From Felis catus (lineage: Eukaryota), in NCBI RefSeq assembly GCF_018350175.1, contig NC_058368.1, positions 196,232,001 to 196,296,000 of the forward strand: a DNA stretch of 64,000 nucleotides, written 5' to 3'. Numbering within the stretch: position 1 is the stretch's first letter; each line of letters starts with the position of its first letter. The notes under the pieces are model-generated. The model was not told the origin of the DNA. It saw only the letters and a program-made list of their open reading frames with translations, and did not search any database. A program made the position numbers and the translations under genes. Below, piece by piece: positions 38,945-51,210 of this stretch.

Positions 38945-39150
38945 CGTCATAATTGTTCACATTCATTGAGTACTTACTATGTGCTGGGCATTTTCCTGAA
39001 CACCGTGTTGTGTCTTATTTATATTATTCTCCCATTTCACAGAAGAAAAAACTGAGGCCGAGGGAGGCCAAATGATTTGCCCAAGGCCTGACCCCAAAGG
39101 AGTGGTAGGATTTGAACACATGCAATTTGACGTCGGTGCCTACAGTCTTG
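38945..39150 (-). mobile_element. MIR
   Basis: attgagtacttactatgtgctgggc...cccatttcacagaagaaaaaactgaggc. Confidence 0.7.
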
Positions 39151-40849
39151 AACTGTTAGAAATTCTGCTGGTCTTGTCCCTATGACACTCCCCCTATCCC
39201 ACCCCCCACTCCGAGATCTGCAGCCTGTGAGCTTGCCTCCCCAGACCTTTTTTTTTTTTTTTTTTTTTTCCTCCAGGCTGCATCCCTACCCCACCTCCCT
39301 TGCCGTTTCTCCTCGTGCCATTTCTCCATGTCCTCCTGACCGAGGTCTGGGACAATGCACAGAATGCAAGACCCGTGACTTGTCCCACTCCTGTGACTTG
39401 TCCCACTTTGACCCCCCCCCCCCCCCCCCAGGACAGCCTTCAGGCTGAAGCCTCCCGGAGCACCATTTTAACAGCATTCCCCTCAGGAGGCTGTATTTTT
39501 CCTGTCTGTCCTCAACATTTCTTTTGCCAGAAAAACAGGCTCAGTTTTCCCTTCTGATAAATCTGGTCACCCTAAATATGGGGCTTTGAGCAAACAGGAG
39601 CGGCCGGCCCCACGCAGCCCTCATTTCAAAATGTGGATTCACTCGGGCTGCTATTTTGGAGGTCTGGTTTCTTTCCCCACACACAGTGGTTTTAAGGAAG
39701 AGGGAAGGGATCATGACAGAATACTAGCAGGGGAAAGATGCTAGCAGAGAAAACACACCTGGCCAGTCTTTGTTTCCCCAAGTTCCCCAAGCTCTGAAAA
39801 GGAGGGTCCTCGCTCACATAAAAGCAGAACATACAGCGCTAGGAACTCCCCTCCTGGAGATGAGCGCATCCAGCATTTGAAGTCCTGGTAGTAAAGAAGC
39901 CTAACTGGTTTTGTTTAAGTCAGCTTTCCCATTTACGAATGCAGCCTAGTTAAACGTCTGAAAACAATGCTGCGGAGTGGAAGTTGCAAAGGGCTCCCGA
40001 CGGCCTAAACTGTTCCTCAGATAGGTTTGAGTTGGCCTGTGCGGGGCTTAAATGTGCTTCAAATTAGTTGCTAGCGCTTAACAGTTGGAATATTTCTCAT
40101 AATAATCTGGATTTGGGTGTCCTTGGAAAATCGGAAGATCTGGAAACACCGGGCCACATTCTTGCATGACAATGGTCGGTCGGCGGGACACAAGGCTGTG
40201 GTCCTTGGCTCCCTGTAGCCCCTGCCTAATACACCATCCCCTGCTTCACTCAGTTATGGTACCTGCCTGGCTCAGGAGTCCCTGGGGCTTGCCTTCTCCG
40301 CCCTGGAGATTTCCTTGGGTGAGAGTTGGCCTGCCGGATGCGGGAGGCCCATTCATCCATTGACTCATGCAACATGTACTCATGCAGCTTCTGGACCCCG
40401 TGGATACAAGATGTGTTCAACACCCCCCGCCCTCTGGATTTCGGCGCTGGCATTCTTGCTGCGAACCGCAGGATGAGGAGGGGGAGGGGTTGGGGAGAGG
40501 GAAGCTGGCAAAGGCTTGAACCGCGTTTGCCGATTTCCAGACCCCCCCTCCCCCCCCACCACGCCGTGCTTGCTAAAGTCATCCCTGTTCTCCACTGCTG
40601 CCTCTACCGCCACTCTAACAGCCACTGAGCGCCAGGGGAGAAGCTACTAACATGCTCTGTGACTTACACGAGTTCCCACCCATCTCAGGGCCTCAGTTTC
40701 TCCAATTGCACAGTGACCCGGTTGGAATAGAAAACTATGCGCGTCCCTTCCAGGGCTGGCACGCAGAGATGCTAAGACTCCCAAGATCGAGGAACGTCTG
40801 ACCGGCCCATTCCGGAGCTGTTCCACTGAACTCCAAGCAGCCCCTCTCC

Positions 40850-41860
40850 CTCCTTTCCCCGGCCCGGGCCGGGGCCCGGGAGGGGGTCGGAGCCAGAGGG
40901 CCGCCCGGGCCTGGGCTTCCCGCCCGGGGGCGGAGCCGCTGCTCCAGGTCCCGCCCCTCCACCTGGGATTCGGCCCGGCAGATGTTACAACTTTCTCGCA
41001 TTCTCTCCCGCGGTGTCCCCCCCAGGCCCGCCCAACCCGTGCCTCCCTCCCCTTCCCCGCTGGGGTCCTGCCCGCCTCCCTGCTGGGAGCCCGACTCTTC
41101 TCCGGACTCCGGGCGGGGCGAGAGGCCGGGCTGGGGGCTGGAGGGTCGGGAGGAGGAGGAAGGGAAAGCAGAGGCGAGAGAAATTAGGAGGCGGGAGAAA
41201 TCGAGGGCTAGTAGGAAGGGGAGAGCCAGAGGATGGTGGAGAGCACTTTTTGGAAGCAGGCACGCCGCGTCTCAGGCTGGCCCGGCTGAGCTGGGGGAGA
41301 GGGAGCGAGGGCGGCGCAGGGCGGGCGCGCAGGCGGCGGGAGGCGGCTCGGCGCGGGCCTGACCTCCCCAGAGCGCCCCGCTGCGGCCGCGCAGGTCCGG
41401 CCGCCAGTCCTGGACCAGCCCCTGGGCCACCCCCGGGGCCGCTGAACGATCTCGCAGCGTCCAGGCCGGCCAGCGGGCGGGCGTGCGGGCCGTGCGCCCT
41501 GGGCGCGCGAGGCGGTGAGGCCCGGGGAACCCTGTGCGCCGGGACGCGCGGGCCGGCATGGCGATGCACGCCCTCACTGGTCTCTCGCTGGTCAGCCTGC
41601 TTAGCTTCGGCTACCTGTCCTGGGACTGGTCCAAGCCGAGCCTGGCGGCCGACGGTCCCGGGGAGGCGGGCGTGGAGCAGCCCTCGGCCGCTCCACCCCA
41701 GCCTCCCCATATCATCTTCATCCTCACCGACGACCAGGGCTACCACGACGTGGGCTACCATGGCTCAGATATCGAGACCCCTACGCTGGACCGGCTGGCA
41801 GCTGAGGGTGTCAAGTTGGAGAATTATTATATCCAGCCTATCTGCACGCCTTCGCGGAGC
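40850..41860. promoter_or_regulatory. ARSI: CpG island / GC-box promoter and 5' UTR of ARSI
   Basis: Very high GC and CpG density; Sp1-type GGGGCGGAG at about 40927 and several CCGCCC; no obvious TATA box. Confidence 0.85.
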
Positions 41861-41877
41861 CAACTTCTCACTGGCAG
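41564..41877 (+). CDS. ARSI: Arylsulfatase I, coding exon 1 (hydrophobic N-terminus, metal-binding DD, catalytic CTPSR motif)
   Basis: Translates [22 protein letters not shown]...[12 protein letters not shown]...[14 protein letters not shown](R). The sulfatase formylglycine signature CxPxR is at 41843-41857. The exon ends at AG|gtaggc (GT at 41878). A second in-frame ATG lies at 41558. Confidence 0.96.
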
Positions 41878-43594
41878 GTAGGCATGACCCAGGCTGCTGG
41901 GGCTGGCCGTGCAAGCCCCAAATGAATCCGGTCTGGAGATTTCCTGTGCATTCACAGTCCCACCCCCCCACTCTGGGACCTGGGAAGCAAGGACTCAGGG
42001 CCAGTTCTGAGACACTCAGACACGACTGTCTCCAGTCGCCTGTGTGATCATTACTTATGTCCTTTATCCTCTCTGGGCCTCAGTTTCTCCAATTGTACAC
42101 GGAGTGGATTGGACCATCTTTGAGGTCTCCTCCCTCTGATGTTCTAGGACACACATTACACACCATGTGAAGGAGACATCCGGTCATCCCTTTGTTGGAG
42201 GAACACGGCAGTCTCTGACCCTTGGGTTTTAACGCCGCTTCTGTATACAGACCCTGAGGCTACGAACAAGTCATTTCCTTTCTCTAAGCCTCCGTTTTCT
42301 TGTCTGTTCATAAACGGAGTGAAGAGGAGTGTTTACTTGAAAAAGAACGGTGATGGGATGAGTTGTGTGTAACCTGCTTGGCTGTCAATAAATGGCAGCC
42401 CCCATGTCACCGGAGGGATTAGGGTCCCCAAACTGTTTGATGGCTGCGAGGAGAGGAAGGAAGCCAGGGAATGTCTAGATAGATAGACATTCTAGATAGA
42501 GCAGAAAGATATGCACAGGATGCCGTGACCGGTGGAACCTTCGGGTAGTTACTTCATTTCTCCAAACCTCTGGTTTTTCATCTGCAAAGTCCTCCTAAAT
42601 TGGCCGAAAGTCCCAAGGAGACGTGCTGCTTTCTCCGTAAGGAGTGGCCCACAGGCAAGGCGGCAGGATTACAGGATTAAAAGAGCAGGGAAACAGGAGG
42701 TGGGGGTGTAGAAGGCAAACTTTGGCCACTTAGGAGAAAATCCTTTGGCAAGGCTGAAGCTAATCCTCCTTGGATGGGGTCCAAGGCATGCCTTCTCCCA
42801 AGTTCCACCCAAAAGCCACGAGTATGATCTCAGGAACCGGAGCCTTGCTGTCCCTGTTTCTGGGTGGGAGAAACTGAGGCATGGAGTCAGGGAGGACCCA
42901 ATTCATGCCTAGAGTCTGTAGCATCCGTTGGGGAGGGGGCTGAGAGGCCAGGTGGTTGGCAGGGGTCCCAGAGCCGTGAGTCAAAATAGGTGCCTTTTCT
43001 TCCCTCACTCGGGCACTCAGCATTTAGCTCCGGGAACAGCAAGAGAGAGCGTCGGAGAAGAGGGTGAGGGGCTGGTGTATGGGTCGTGGGCGGGGGCGTT
43101 GGTGGCGGTGGTGAAGCCCAAATGTTGACCAACCTCCAGGAGAGGGAAGAAGAATCTACATTCCTGAGAACTGTGCACAAGTTAGCATTTCTCTCTCGAG
43201 AGGTGACTTTGGGTTTAAGCAGGGGAATGAGCAGCCAGCGGGGCAGTGTGCCAACCCCCTGATCTGTGAAGTGAGCCGAGTGTGGCTGGGCAGCGTCTGC
43301 CCTCCGCCCCCTGCAGCTGGCTCCATCTGACTGATGCTGACTGCTCTCATTAGTGTTTTGTTAATGCATCCAGTCGTGTTGGGCGAAGCTGGAGAGAGCC
43401 AGTGTTTCTCATGTTACTCGCTTACAGACGAGCTTCGGTGACTCTGAGCTGGCCCACCCACTTTACAAACCAGTGCTCCGTGGTGCCCAGCCCTAGGAAG
43501 AGACTCGGCTGTGACCGGGCGCTACGGTGCTTCCTCTGTTAAACGGAATCGTTCATGAGGTTGACTGAGAGGTCTGTAGAGCCAGGATCACCGA

Positions 43595-43800
43595 GAGCCT
43601 GAGTTGTGCAGACCTGGGTTCAAAGCTCGGGGCAGCTGCTTGCGAGCTGTCTGCAGTCGGGCCTGTTGCGGTACCTCTGAGAGCCTCGGTTCGTCATCTG
43701 TAGAATGGGGATAATGGTCTCCCCTGTAGGTTTTTTATGAGGATTAAGTGAAACGATGCGTGTGGCCTATAGTGTTAAAAATGGCAGTAGTAGCTAATGA
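43595..43800 (+). mobile_element. MIR in the ARSI intron
   Basis: cagacctgggttcaaa...gagcctcggttcgtcatctgtagaatggggataat. Confidence 0.7.
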
Positions 43801-44789
43801 TGGCTAACAACAATAACAGCTTTAAGTTAAGGAAACTAAAAACAGGAAAGCCCACCTAGTGCCTGGGTTAAAGGTGTCAGGCCTTCAGGTGTGGGATTCT
43901 AAGACCCTAGTGAAGTTCCAGGCGTCTTATTTACCCTGGGACTTTTAAGACTTGAGTAAAGGCGGGACACCCCAAACAGATCACATGGGGGCCTTGACCA
44001 CAGAAGGGACTTGAATGAATAAATGAGGAATATAGCATTCCGCTAACCATTCACTCCTGCCTCACAGCAGTAGCCTGTGTGAGTGACCGGATCCAGGGGC
44101 CACATGAACTTGTGGGTAGGCACATGAGAACAGGTCTTATAAAATCTGGGAACTGAAAGGTTTTCAGAGATCTCCCATTCAACCCAACTCCCCACCTATA
44201 GATGAGCAAACTGAGGCCACCATGGGGGAGGAGACATGGCAGCCTCGTTTGCTGGAAGGGAGCCTGTGCTTGGACTTGGCTTGGATTTATGTTCAAGTCC
44301 TGGCTTTGCCCCTGACCACTGAGTGACCTTGGGCAAGGCCCTTCCCCTCCTCTGGAACTGTGTTTTTAAAACAAGGTAAATACGCTGGAAGTTGACTTGG
44401 GTCCCTTCTGGTTCTAAAATTGTCTGGGAGTGCCACCATTCGTTCGGTCTTTCATCCATTCATTCCGTAAGTAATTGAGTGTCCTTTTAACATCACCTGA
44501 GTGCCAAGACCACAAAGTTGAGTAGAGGACAATCCGATTACAGATGATTGGGCCTAAGAACATGTACAACTGAGTAGAACCCCATGGTCAAGTAGGACAG
44601 TGATCAGGTGTACTAAATTTAACCCAGAAGCAACAGTGACTCATTCTTGGAGAGAGTTATAAGAGACTTTACAGAGGGGGTAACATTTGGACTGGGCTTT
44701 GAAGAGTGAGCAGGAGTTTCCCTGGGAGGGCAGGACTTGCTCTAGGCCCCAGAGCAAATTAGTGGCTTAGAGTTTAGGGATTCTGAAGT

Positions 44790-45095
44790 CTCTGGAGACT
44801 GCCTGGGATACAGATCCCAACTCCAGTTACAGATTGTTTGAATCAGTGGGCAAGCGATTTCATGTACTGAGCCTCTCAGTTGCCTTATTTGCAGAATAAT
44901 GTTAGCTACATTGTCATGATTAACCTGCGTTCGACTCTAAACTCCCCAGCTCCTAGCTGCGTGATCCTGGGCCGAGTGGTTTAACCACTCTGATCCTCAG
45001 TCTCCTCATCTGCGAAATGACCATAATATGAGCTCAACTAATTTTGAAGATTCAGTGAGGTGATGCATTGGAAGTGCTTGTCACGTGTCGTAATA
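44790..45095 (+). mobile_element. Tandem MIR fragments just upstream of the ARSI exon 2 acceptor
   Basis: ctagctgcgtgatcctgggc...cctcagtctcctcatctgcgaaatg. Confidence 0.6.
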
Positions 45096-45222
45096 CCTGC
45101 CGTACCTTTGCCGGAAGTGCTGGGCCCAGAGCCCACCTCGGGGTGAGAACTGGGGGCCGGTGGGCCAGAGCAGTGCTTTGTAGCTCACCCGGGCCTTCTT
45201 TGCCCTCCCCTCTTTCCTCCAG

Positions 45223-46630
45223 GTACCAGATCCACACGGGACTCCAGCACTCCATCATCCGCCCTCGGCAGCCCAACTGCCTGCCCCTGGACCAGGTGAC
45301 GCTGCCCCAGAAGCTGCAGGAGGCGGGTTACTCTACCCACATGGTGGGCAAGTGGCACCTGGGCTTCTACCGGAAGGAGTGCCTGCCTACCCGCCGGGGC
45401 TTCGACACCTTCCTGGGCTCGCTCACGGGCAACGTGGACTACTACACCTACGACAACTGCGACGGGCCCGGGGTGTGTGGCTTTGACCTGCACGAGGGCG
45501 AGAGTGTGGCCTGGGGGCTCAGCGGCCAGTATTCCACTATGCTCTATGCCCAGCGTGTCAGCCACATCCTAGCCAGCCATAGCCCCCGGCGGCCCCTCTT
45601 CCTCTACGTGGCCTTCCAGGCGGTGCACACGCCCCTGCAGTCCCCTCGTGAGTACCTGTACCGCTACCGCACCATGGGCAACGTGGCCCGGCGGAAGTAT
45701 GCGGCCATGGTCACCTGCATGGATGAGGCTGTGCGCAACATCACCTGGGCTCTCAAGCGCTATGGTTTCTACAACAACAGCGTCATCATCTTCTCCAGTG
45801 ACAACGGCGGCCAGACCTTCTCGGGGGGCAGCAACTGGCCGCTGCGAGGACGCAAGGGCACTTACTGGGAAGGTGGCGTGCGTGGCCTGGGCTTTGTCCA
45901 CAGCCCCCTGCTCAAGCGGAAGCGCCGGACCAGCCGGGCGCTGGTGCACATCACTGACTGGTACCCGACCCTGGTGGGTCTGGCAGGCGGCACCGCCTCG
46001 GCGGCCGACGGGCTGGACGGCTACGATGTGTGGCCGGCCATCAGCGAGGGCCGGGCCTCGCCGCGCACAGAGATCCTGCACAACATTGACCCCCTCTACA
46101 ACCATGCCCGGCACGGCTCCCTGGAGGCTGGCTTTGGCATCTGGAACACTGCCGTGCAGGCCGCCATCCGTGTGGGCGAGTGGAAGCTGCTAACAGGGGA
46201 CCCTGGCTATGGCGATTGGATCCCACCGCAGACACTGGCCGCCTTCCCTGGCAGCTGGTGGAACCTCGAGCGCATGGCCAGTGCCCGCCAGGCAGTGTGG
46301 CTCTTCAATATCAGCGCTGACCCCTACGAACGGGAGGACCTGGCTGGCCAGCGGCCTGATGTGGTCCGTACCCTGCTGGCCCGTCTGGTGGACTATAACC
46401 GCACAGCCATCCCTGTGCGCTACCCGGCTGAGAATCCCCGGGCCCACCCTGACTTTAATGGGGGTGCTTGGGGGCCCTGGGCCAGTGATGAGGAAGAAGA
46501 GGAAGAGGAGGAAGAGGCAGGCAGAGCTCGAAGCTTCTCCCGAGGACGCCGCAAGAAAAAATGCAAGATTTGCAAGCTGCGATCCTTTTTTCGTAAACTC
46601 AACACCAGGCTGATGTCACAGCGGATCTGA
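45223..46630 (+). CDS. ARSI: Arylsulfatase I, coding exon 2 to the stop codon
   Basis: Polypyrimidine tract plus AG at 45221-45222. The phase matches exon 1 (AG+G = Arg, then YQIHTGLQH). Contains the [13 protein letters not shown] sulfatase motif, SSDNGG, LRGRKG and the tail [13 protein letters not shown]...[27 protein letters not shown], then TGA. 314+1408 = 1722 nt = 573 aa plus stop. Confidence 0.97.
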
Positions 46631-46800
46631 TGGGGAGTGGGGGGAGGTGAGGATCTCTGCCCCTCTAGATGTACTTCCCCATTCAAACCTGGCCCTGTTC
46701 CTCCCCAGGGAGGGGCCTGAGGTCAAGCCCCCGTCTGCAGGGAAATGGGGGGGGGCATCGAGCCCCTCGGTTGAAAGGTGGGGAGCTCGGCTTGGGGGAG

Positions 46801-46806
46801 AATAAA
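46801..46806 (+). terminator. ARSI: Candidate polyadenylation signal for ARSI
   Basis: First AATAAA after the stop codon, about 170 nt downstream. An ATTAAA at 47479-47484 is an alternative. Usage cannot be shown from DNA. Confidence 0.35.
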
Positions 46807-46807
46807 C

Positions 46808-46990
46808 TAGACTGGGGTGCCTGGATTCCAGTCCTGCCTCTTCACTGACTTGCCCTGTGACCTCAAGTGGCCTGCATGAGAGCTGGGCCTCAGTTTCCTC
46901 ATCTGTAAATGAGCTCTGATGATGTTGTGGCCCTGTGGTGTGAACCTGGTGCCTGGGGCCATGGTGGAGTTGCCATTGACCTTGCCGCCT
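46808..46990 (+). mobile_element. MIR downstream of the ARSI stop codon
   Basis: ctggattccagtcctgcctcttcactgacttgccctgtgacct...gggcctcagtttcctcatctgtaaatg. Confidence 0.7.
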
Positions 46991-49900
46991 CCCAGCTCGT
47001 TTAAAGCCTCGCCCTTGGACCCTGCACCTCTGCGGTACTGCTTGGGTGAGGGGCCCCTGGAGGCAGCTCGAGGCCTGGACTCCAGCTGAAGCATGGCGAT
47101 CTGGCCACTCTCTGAAGGGATCCTCTGATGCTGAGGGTGGGGGTGCAGGGATGGGTCTTCACATGGCTTGGGCCAGTTCTGGGGCCAGACTGGTGCTGGG
47201 GGCTATGGCAGAAAGCTCTCCTTCTGGCCCCCAGGACCCAGAGGATTGACCTGGCTCTTAGCTGCTGCAGGATCAAGGGTGGTGGAAACAGCTGTGCAAA
47301 GAGGCCCTGAACCAACAGTCAGGACACTTGGGTGCCTCTTTGACCTTGGGCCCATCCCCTCACCTTTGGGCCTCAGTTTCCCCAACTGCCAATCGGGATG
47401 CTAGCCTGAGCTCTGCCTACCTCACAGGGTTGTAGAGAACTGGCCAAGGTAATGGCTGTGGAGGAGCCCGTGCACTTGATTAAAATGCTACTAACATGGA
47501 AGCCAGGGCTGTGGTGCGGTCTGTGAACGCACTGGGGCGCGTGCGCGTGCATCCTGAGGGCAAGTGCGAGCTCACCATTAGCCAAGTGAATGGGAGAGGA
47601 GGTGGGTAGCCTGCCTAGGAAGCAGCACTTATGGGTTCTGGTCCAGTCCTGCCACAGGTCCACCGTGTGACCTCTGGCAAATCCTGGACCCTCTCTGGGC
47701 CTCAGTGCCCCCCTGTGTACAATGGATGCTTCAGGAGCCCCTCCTACTTGGTCATTCTGGACACCCCTGTGCATGTGTGTGTGTGGGGGGGCATGGGCTG
47801 AGTGGTGGGAGGAGGGGCGTGGGGGGTTCAGAGCCTGCTCGCTGCAGAGCGCGCCTCCATGCACACACTGCGTTCTGCATATCTCCCTTCAGGTTCCAGT
47901 CGGTGCAGCGTGTGTAGGCGAAAGCCCTGCTGTGAATTTTGAAAATAGTTATTTTTGTCACTGGCAAAGGAGGCCTGTTAGGACTCGTCAGTTTGTGGAT
48001 GAGCAGGACGGGTGGGGGGGGGGGGGTGGGTGCGGTGCAGTGGAGGGGGTTTGGGTGTTGGTTCCAGAGCTGCAGAGGTAGCTGAGCCCAGGAGTGAGAG
48101 TCTGGCCTGGGGCTGCAGGACGGAGGTGACCGTCCACATCCTGGGCCCCTTCCTCCACCCCTCCAGCTGGAGCTTTCTCTGTCTGTAGGATGTGGACGCC
48201 TGGGCTGTGTGGGGCAGGGGCCAGGACTGGCTGAAGCCTCTGGATTCCGGCCACCCCCAGCACTTCTGCCTGCTCAGGAGGGAGACTCTGAAGAAGACGG
48301 TGTCCCAGGCCCAGCATATCCCACAGATGGGTTGTTCATAGTCTGCCCATTACCCAGGATTCTCCGGCTCTACTGGGTGCCTCTCCCAGCTGTCTGGGCT
48401 GTGCCTTTCCAGAGCCGCGTGGAGCCAGGGCTCCCCTGCAGCTCTAGGCTTGCACCAGTTGAGTGGAGGCCTCCCCCATGCCTGCTGAGTTTGGCCCTGC
48501 CTTAGGTGACCTAGCCTCCAGCTCCCACCCTGCTTCTCTTATGCCCTTTGGGGGCCATGAGAGCTGGACCATAAAAGTCCCTTTATGTTCTTCCCCAGAC
48601 ACCAACACCTACCCTCCTGTGGCTGACGTGGCCTCAAACATAGAGGGCCCAGCTGGGGCTAGAGGCCAGCCCCTGCTCCTGATGCCCTAAGCCCAGCTTA
48701 AAGCTTGCCTGGCTCAGAGTCCTACCTAACCCAGAACCTGGCACACAGCCCAAGAGCCCCACTCAAGCTTCAGCCAACGACCTGGTCCACAGCCCAGCAG
48801 TCCCCAAGCCTGCCTAACCAAGGTGCTGGCGGTTGACCCAGATTTGTGGAAGGTACTGGGGTAAGGAGTCACCAGGACTACAGTGTGGTGAGGGGAGGCT
48901 CAGCCTGCTTGCTGTGGTGTCTGCTGGGCCCAGCAGACAGCATGGCTCCTGCCCATCTCCTCCTGTCTTCCTGTGGCCCCTGAGTTTCCCCCAGCCAGGG
49001 CACCTGGGTCTGGACTGTTTTAGGCCCTTGACTGGCATTGCTAGGCGGATGCTCGGACCGCCTACCTGGTGGGGAGGGGTGGATGGGAGAGCAGACCAGA
49101 GGCAGTGCTGGCCCCTTGGGTCACAGAGCTGGGGGAGTGGAGTCCAGAGATGCCAGACAGCCCCTCTATTTCCCCTTTGGCTGGACCAGATGTCAGCAGA
49201 TCCGCCACCCAGATTAGAACCGGGGGTGGCCCTGTCCAAGCCGGGCCCTGCCTGTGCAGTCCTGGGCAGGGACGACCAGTCCCCCAGGAACCGGGAGGGA
49301 GCCCTGGACCTGGCTAGAGGGACAGGGCTCTGAGCCCTACCCTGGGCCTTGACAGTATTCCCTCCTCTCGCTTGGTACCTACTGGCTACCTTGGGACCTA
49401 GGCAAGCAGCCGTTCAGCACCAGAAAGAGGGAGGGCAGAGCAGGGTAAGGGAAAGAGCACTGTTCTGGGAGTCAGGAATTCTGGATTATGTCCCAACTCT
49501 GCCCCTGACTTCTGCCGCCGAGGGAGGAAGCAGCAGCTTCCTTTCTCTGGGCCTTGGTCTCCATCTTTGTGGGACATGGGCTCCGTCAGGGCCCTTTCAG
49601 CCCTTGTGTAGGCCAAAGGGCATAGGGCAGGGGTGCATAGGTCACACAGACCCCGCATGGGTAAGTCATGTCACATCTCTGCAAGATCCACAGTGATCGT
49701 ACCTATGTCACAGATATCTGTGGTGCGTATAAATTGCGCAGTATGCTTAGCACAGGGCCTGGCTCTAAAGCGGAAACAGCTATTTCTCGTATTTTTGGAG
49801 TCAGCGAAGGAACATCTTGTCCCCATATTTCTGAGGAGGAAATGGAGGCCCCAGTGGGAAAGAGACCTGCCATAATCACTCCTAGCCAACAGCTAGACTT

Positions 49901-50406
49901 GAACTTGGGTCCTCTAACTGCAGGCTGTGCTGTGCAGACGTTGGCCCGGCAGCCACCGTCCTCTGTCCCTTGGCTTCCTGCTTCCCTCTGCTCTGGAAGG
50001 AATGTCTCCTATGTGGGACCCCCTCAGGGGACAGCGATTCTCCCTGACCCCTCCCTCTCTCCAGAGTCCGAGGCTGGCATTACTTACTGCAGTTAATTAA
50101 CCACATCACCCTCCACCTAGACCCTCTGCCGGATCATTTCTCTGTTGGCCCACTTTCCACCGATTCTGCCCCTCACGCTCACTGCCCTTAGTGGGACAGG
50201 CCTCGTGGGGACCCTTCAGACGGCACGTTTTCTGTGGTACCTGCCCAGGCCCTGCAGGACCCTGAGGCCCTTGGGCATGTGCCTGAGAGTATGTGTGTGG
50301 GCTGTGGAAGGTGGGATGACAGTGGGCTGGCACAATGCTTCCCGGGCTCTGGTTCCCCCCACCCCCTTCCCACCTCTGCTATGGCCCAGGAACTTGGCCC
50401 TGGTCC

Positions 50407-50439
<33 letters not shown>

Positions 50440-51004
50440 CCATCCCACCCCATAGACCCAGGGTATAGCTTGCATTCACGTTCAGGTTCCCCACCTTCAC
50501 ATGCCACAACTGTGCTCAGTGACCTCTTGGGCTCCCACCCCTGGCCACCAGCCCGCGGCATGCAGGCCAGCTCTTGAGTACCACATGAGTGTTACAGATG
50601 GGAGCACACGTGCTGGCTCGCATGCCTGCCATGGCCCTGGGGGGTGGGGAGTCTGGCAGGAACAGTCCCCCCATTGCAATCATCGGCTCATTCTCCCCGC
50701 GTCGCAGAGGCAGGCCTGGCTCCTCGCTGCCCGCCACCACCAGGCACAGCTGCCAGCCTCACGGGCACAGGGGAGGCAGTGAATTCGCTGTCGCGCAGGG
50801 CGGCAGTTCCACTCCAGAAGGGGGTGCCTGTCCGAGGCAGTGCCCACACCCCTGAGCTGAGCTCTCGAAGGTTCGGAGCACGCGGGGGCAGGGTGTGTAT
50901 GAGAGTTGCCAGGGAGACCTTTTGTCTTCTTCCTCCTCTCCATGCATCTCTCTGCCAGGTCCTGGACGTCCCCCAGGGCGCACAGGGTCTGGGCCGGGCC
51001 AGCC

Positions 51005-51210
51005 CAGGGAGGGAGGGAAGAGGTACACAGCCGGGAGGCGGGAGGGAGGGAGGTAGAAACAAGAAAGGAGGTGAAAAGGAGCAAGAAGGACAGGGAGGAT
51101 TGAGAAGAAAGGGCTCAAGGGAGGGAAGGAAAGGGGGAAAGGCAAGAAAGAGGAAAAGGAGAAGAGGAAGGAGAAGGAAAGGGGAGATAGAGGTAGGGAA
51201 GGACGGACAG
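51005..51210. repeat. Purine-rich (G/A) low-complexity tract
   Basis: About 200 nt almost entirely A/G on the + strand. Confidence 0.85.

Larger units (their letters stand above)
41878..45222 (+). other. ARSI: ARSI intron (GT-AG, about 3.3 kb)
   Basis: Canonical donor and acceptor that join the two exons in frame; contains MIR/L2 remnants. Confidence 0.93.

Noticed and set aside
41013..42047. 344-aa (+) and 258-aa (-) ORFs across the ARSI promoter
   Set aside because: Stop-poor CpG-island sequence giving Pro/Gly/Arg-rich translations with no recognisable domain.
45068..45222. N-terminal extension of the 520-aa ORF as a single-exon sulfatase
   Set aside because: It starts at a non-ATG codon in intronic MIR-derived sequence. 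A good acceptor at 45222 joins exon 1, which holds the essential CTPSR motif.
49413..49430. REST/RE1 site upstream of CAMK2A
   Set aside because: Only the left half (TTCAGCACC) is present; the GGACAG half is missing.
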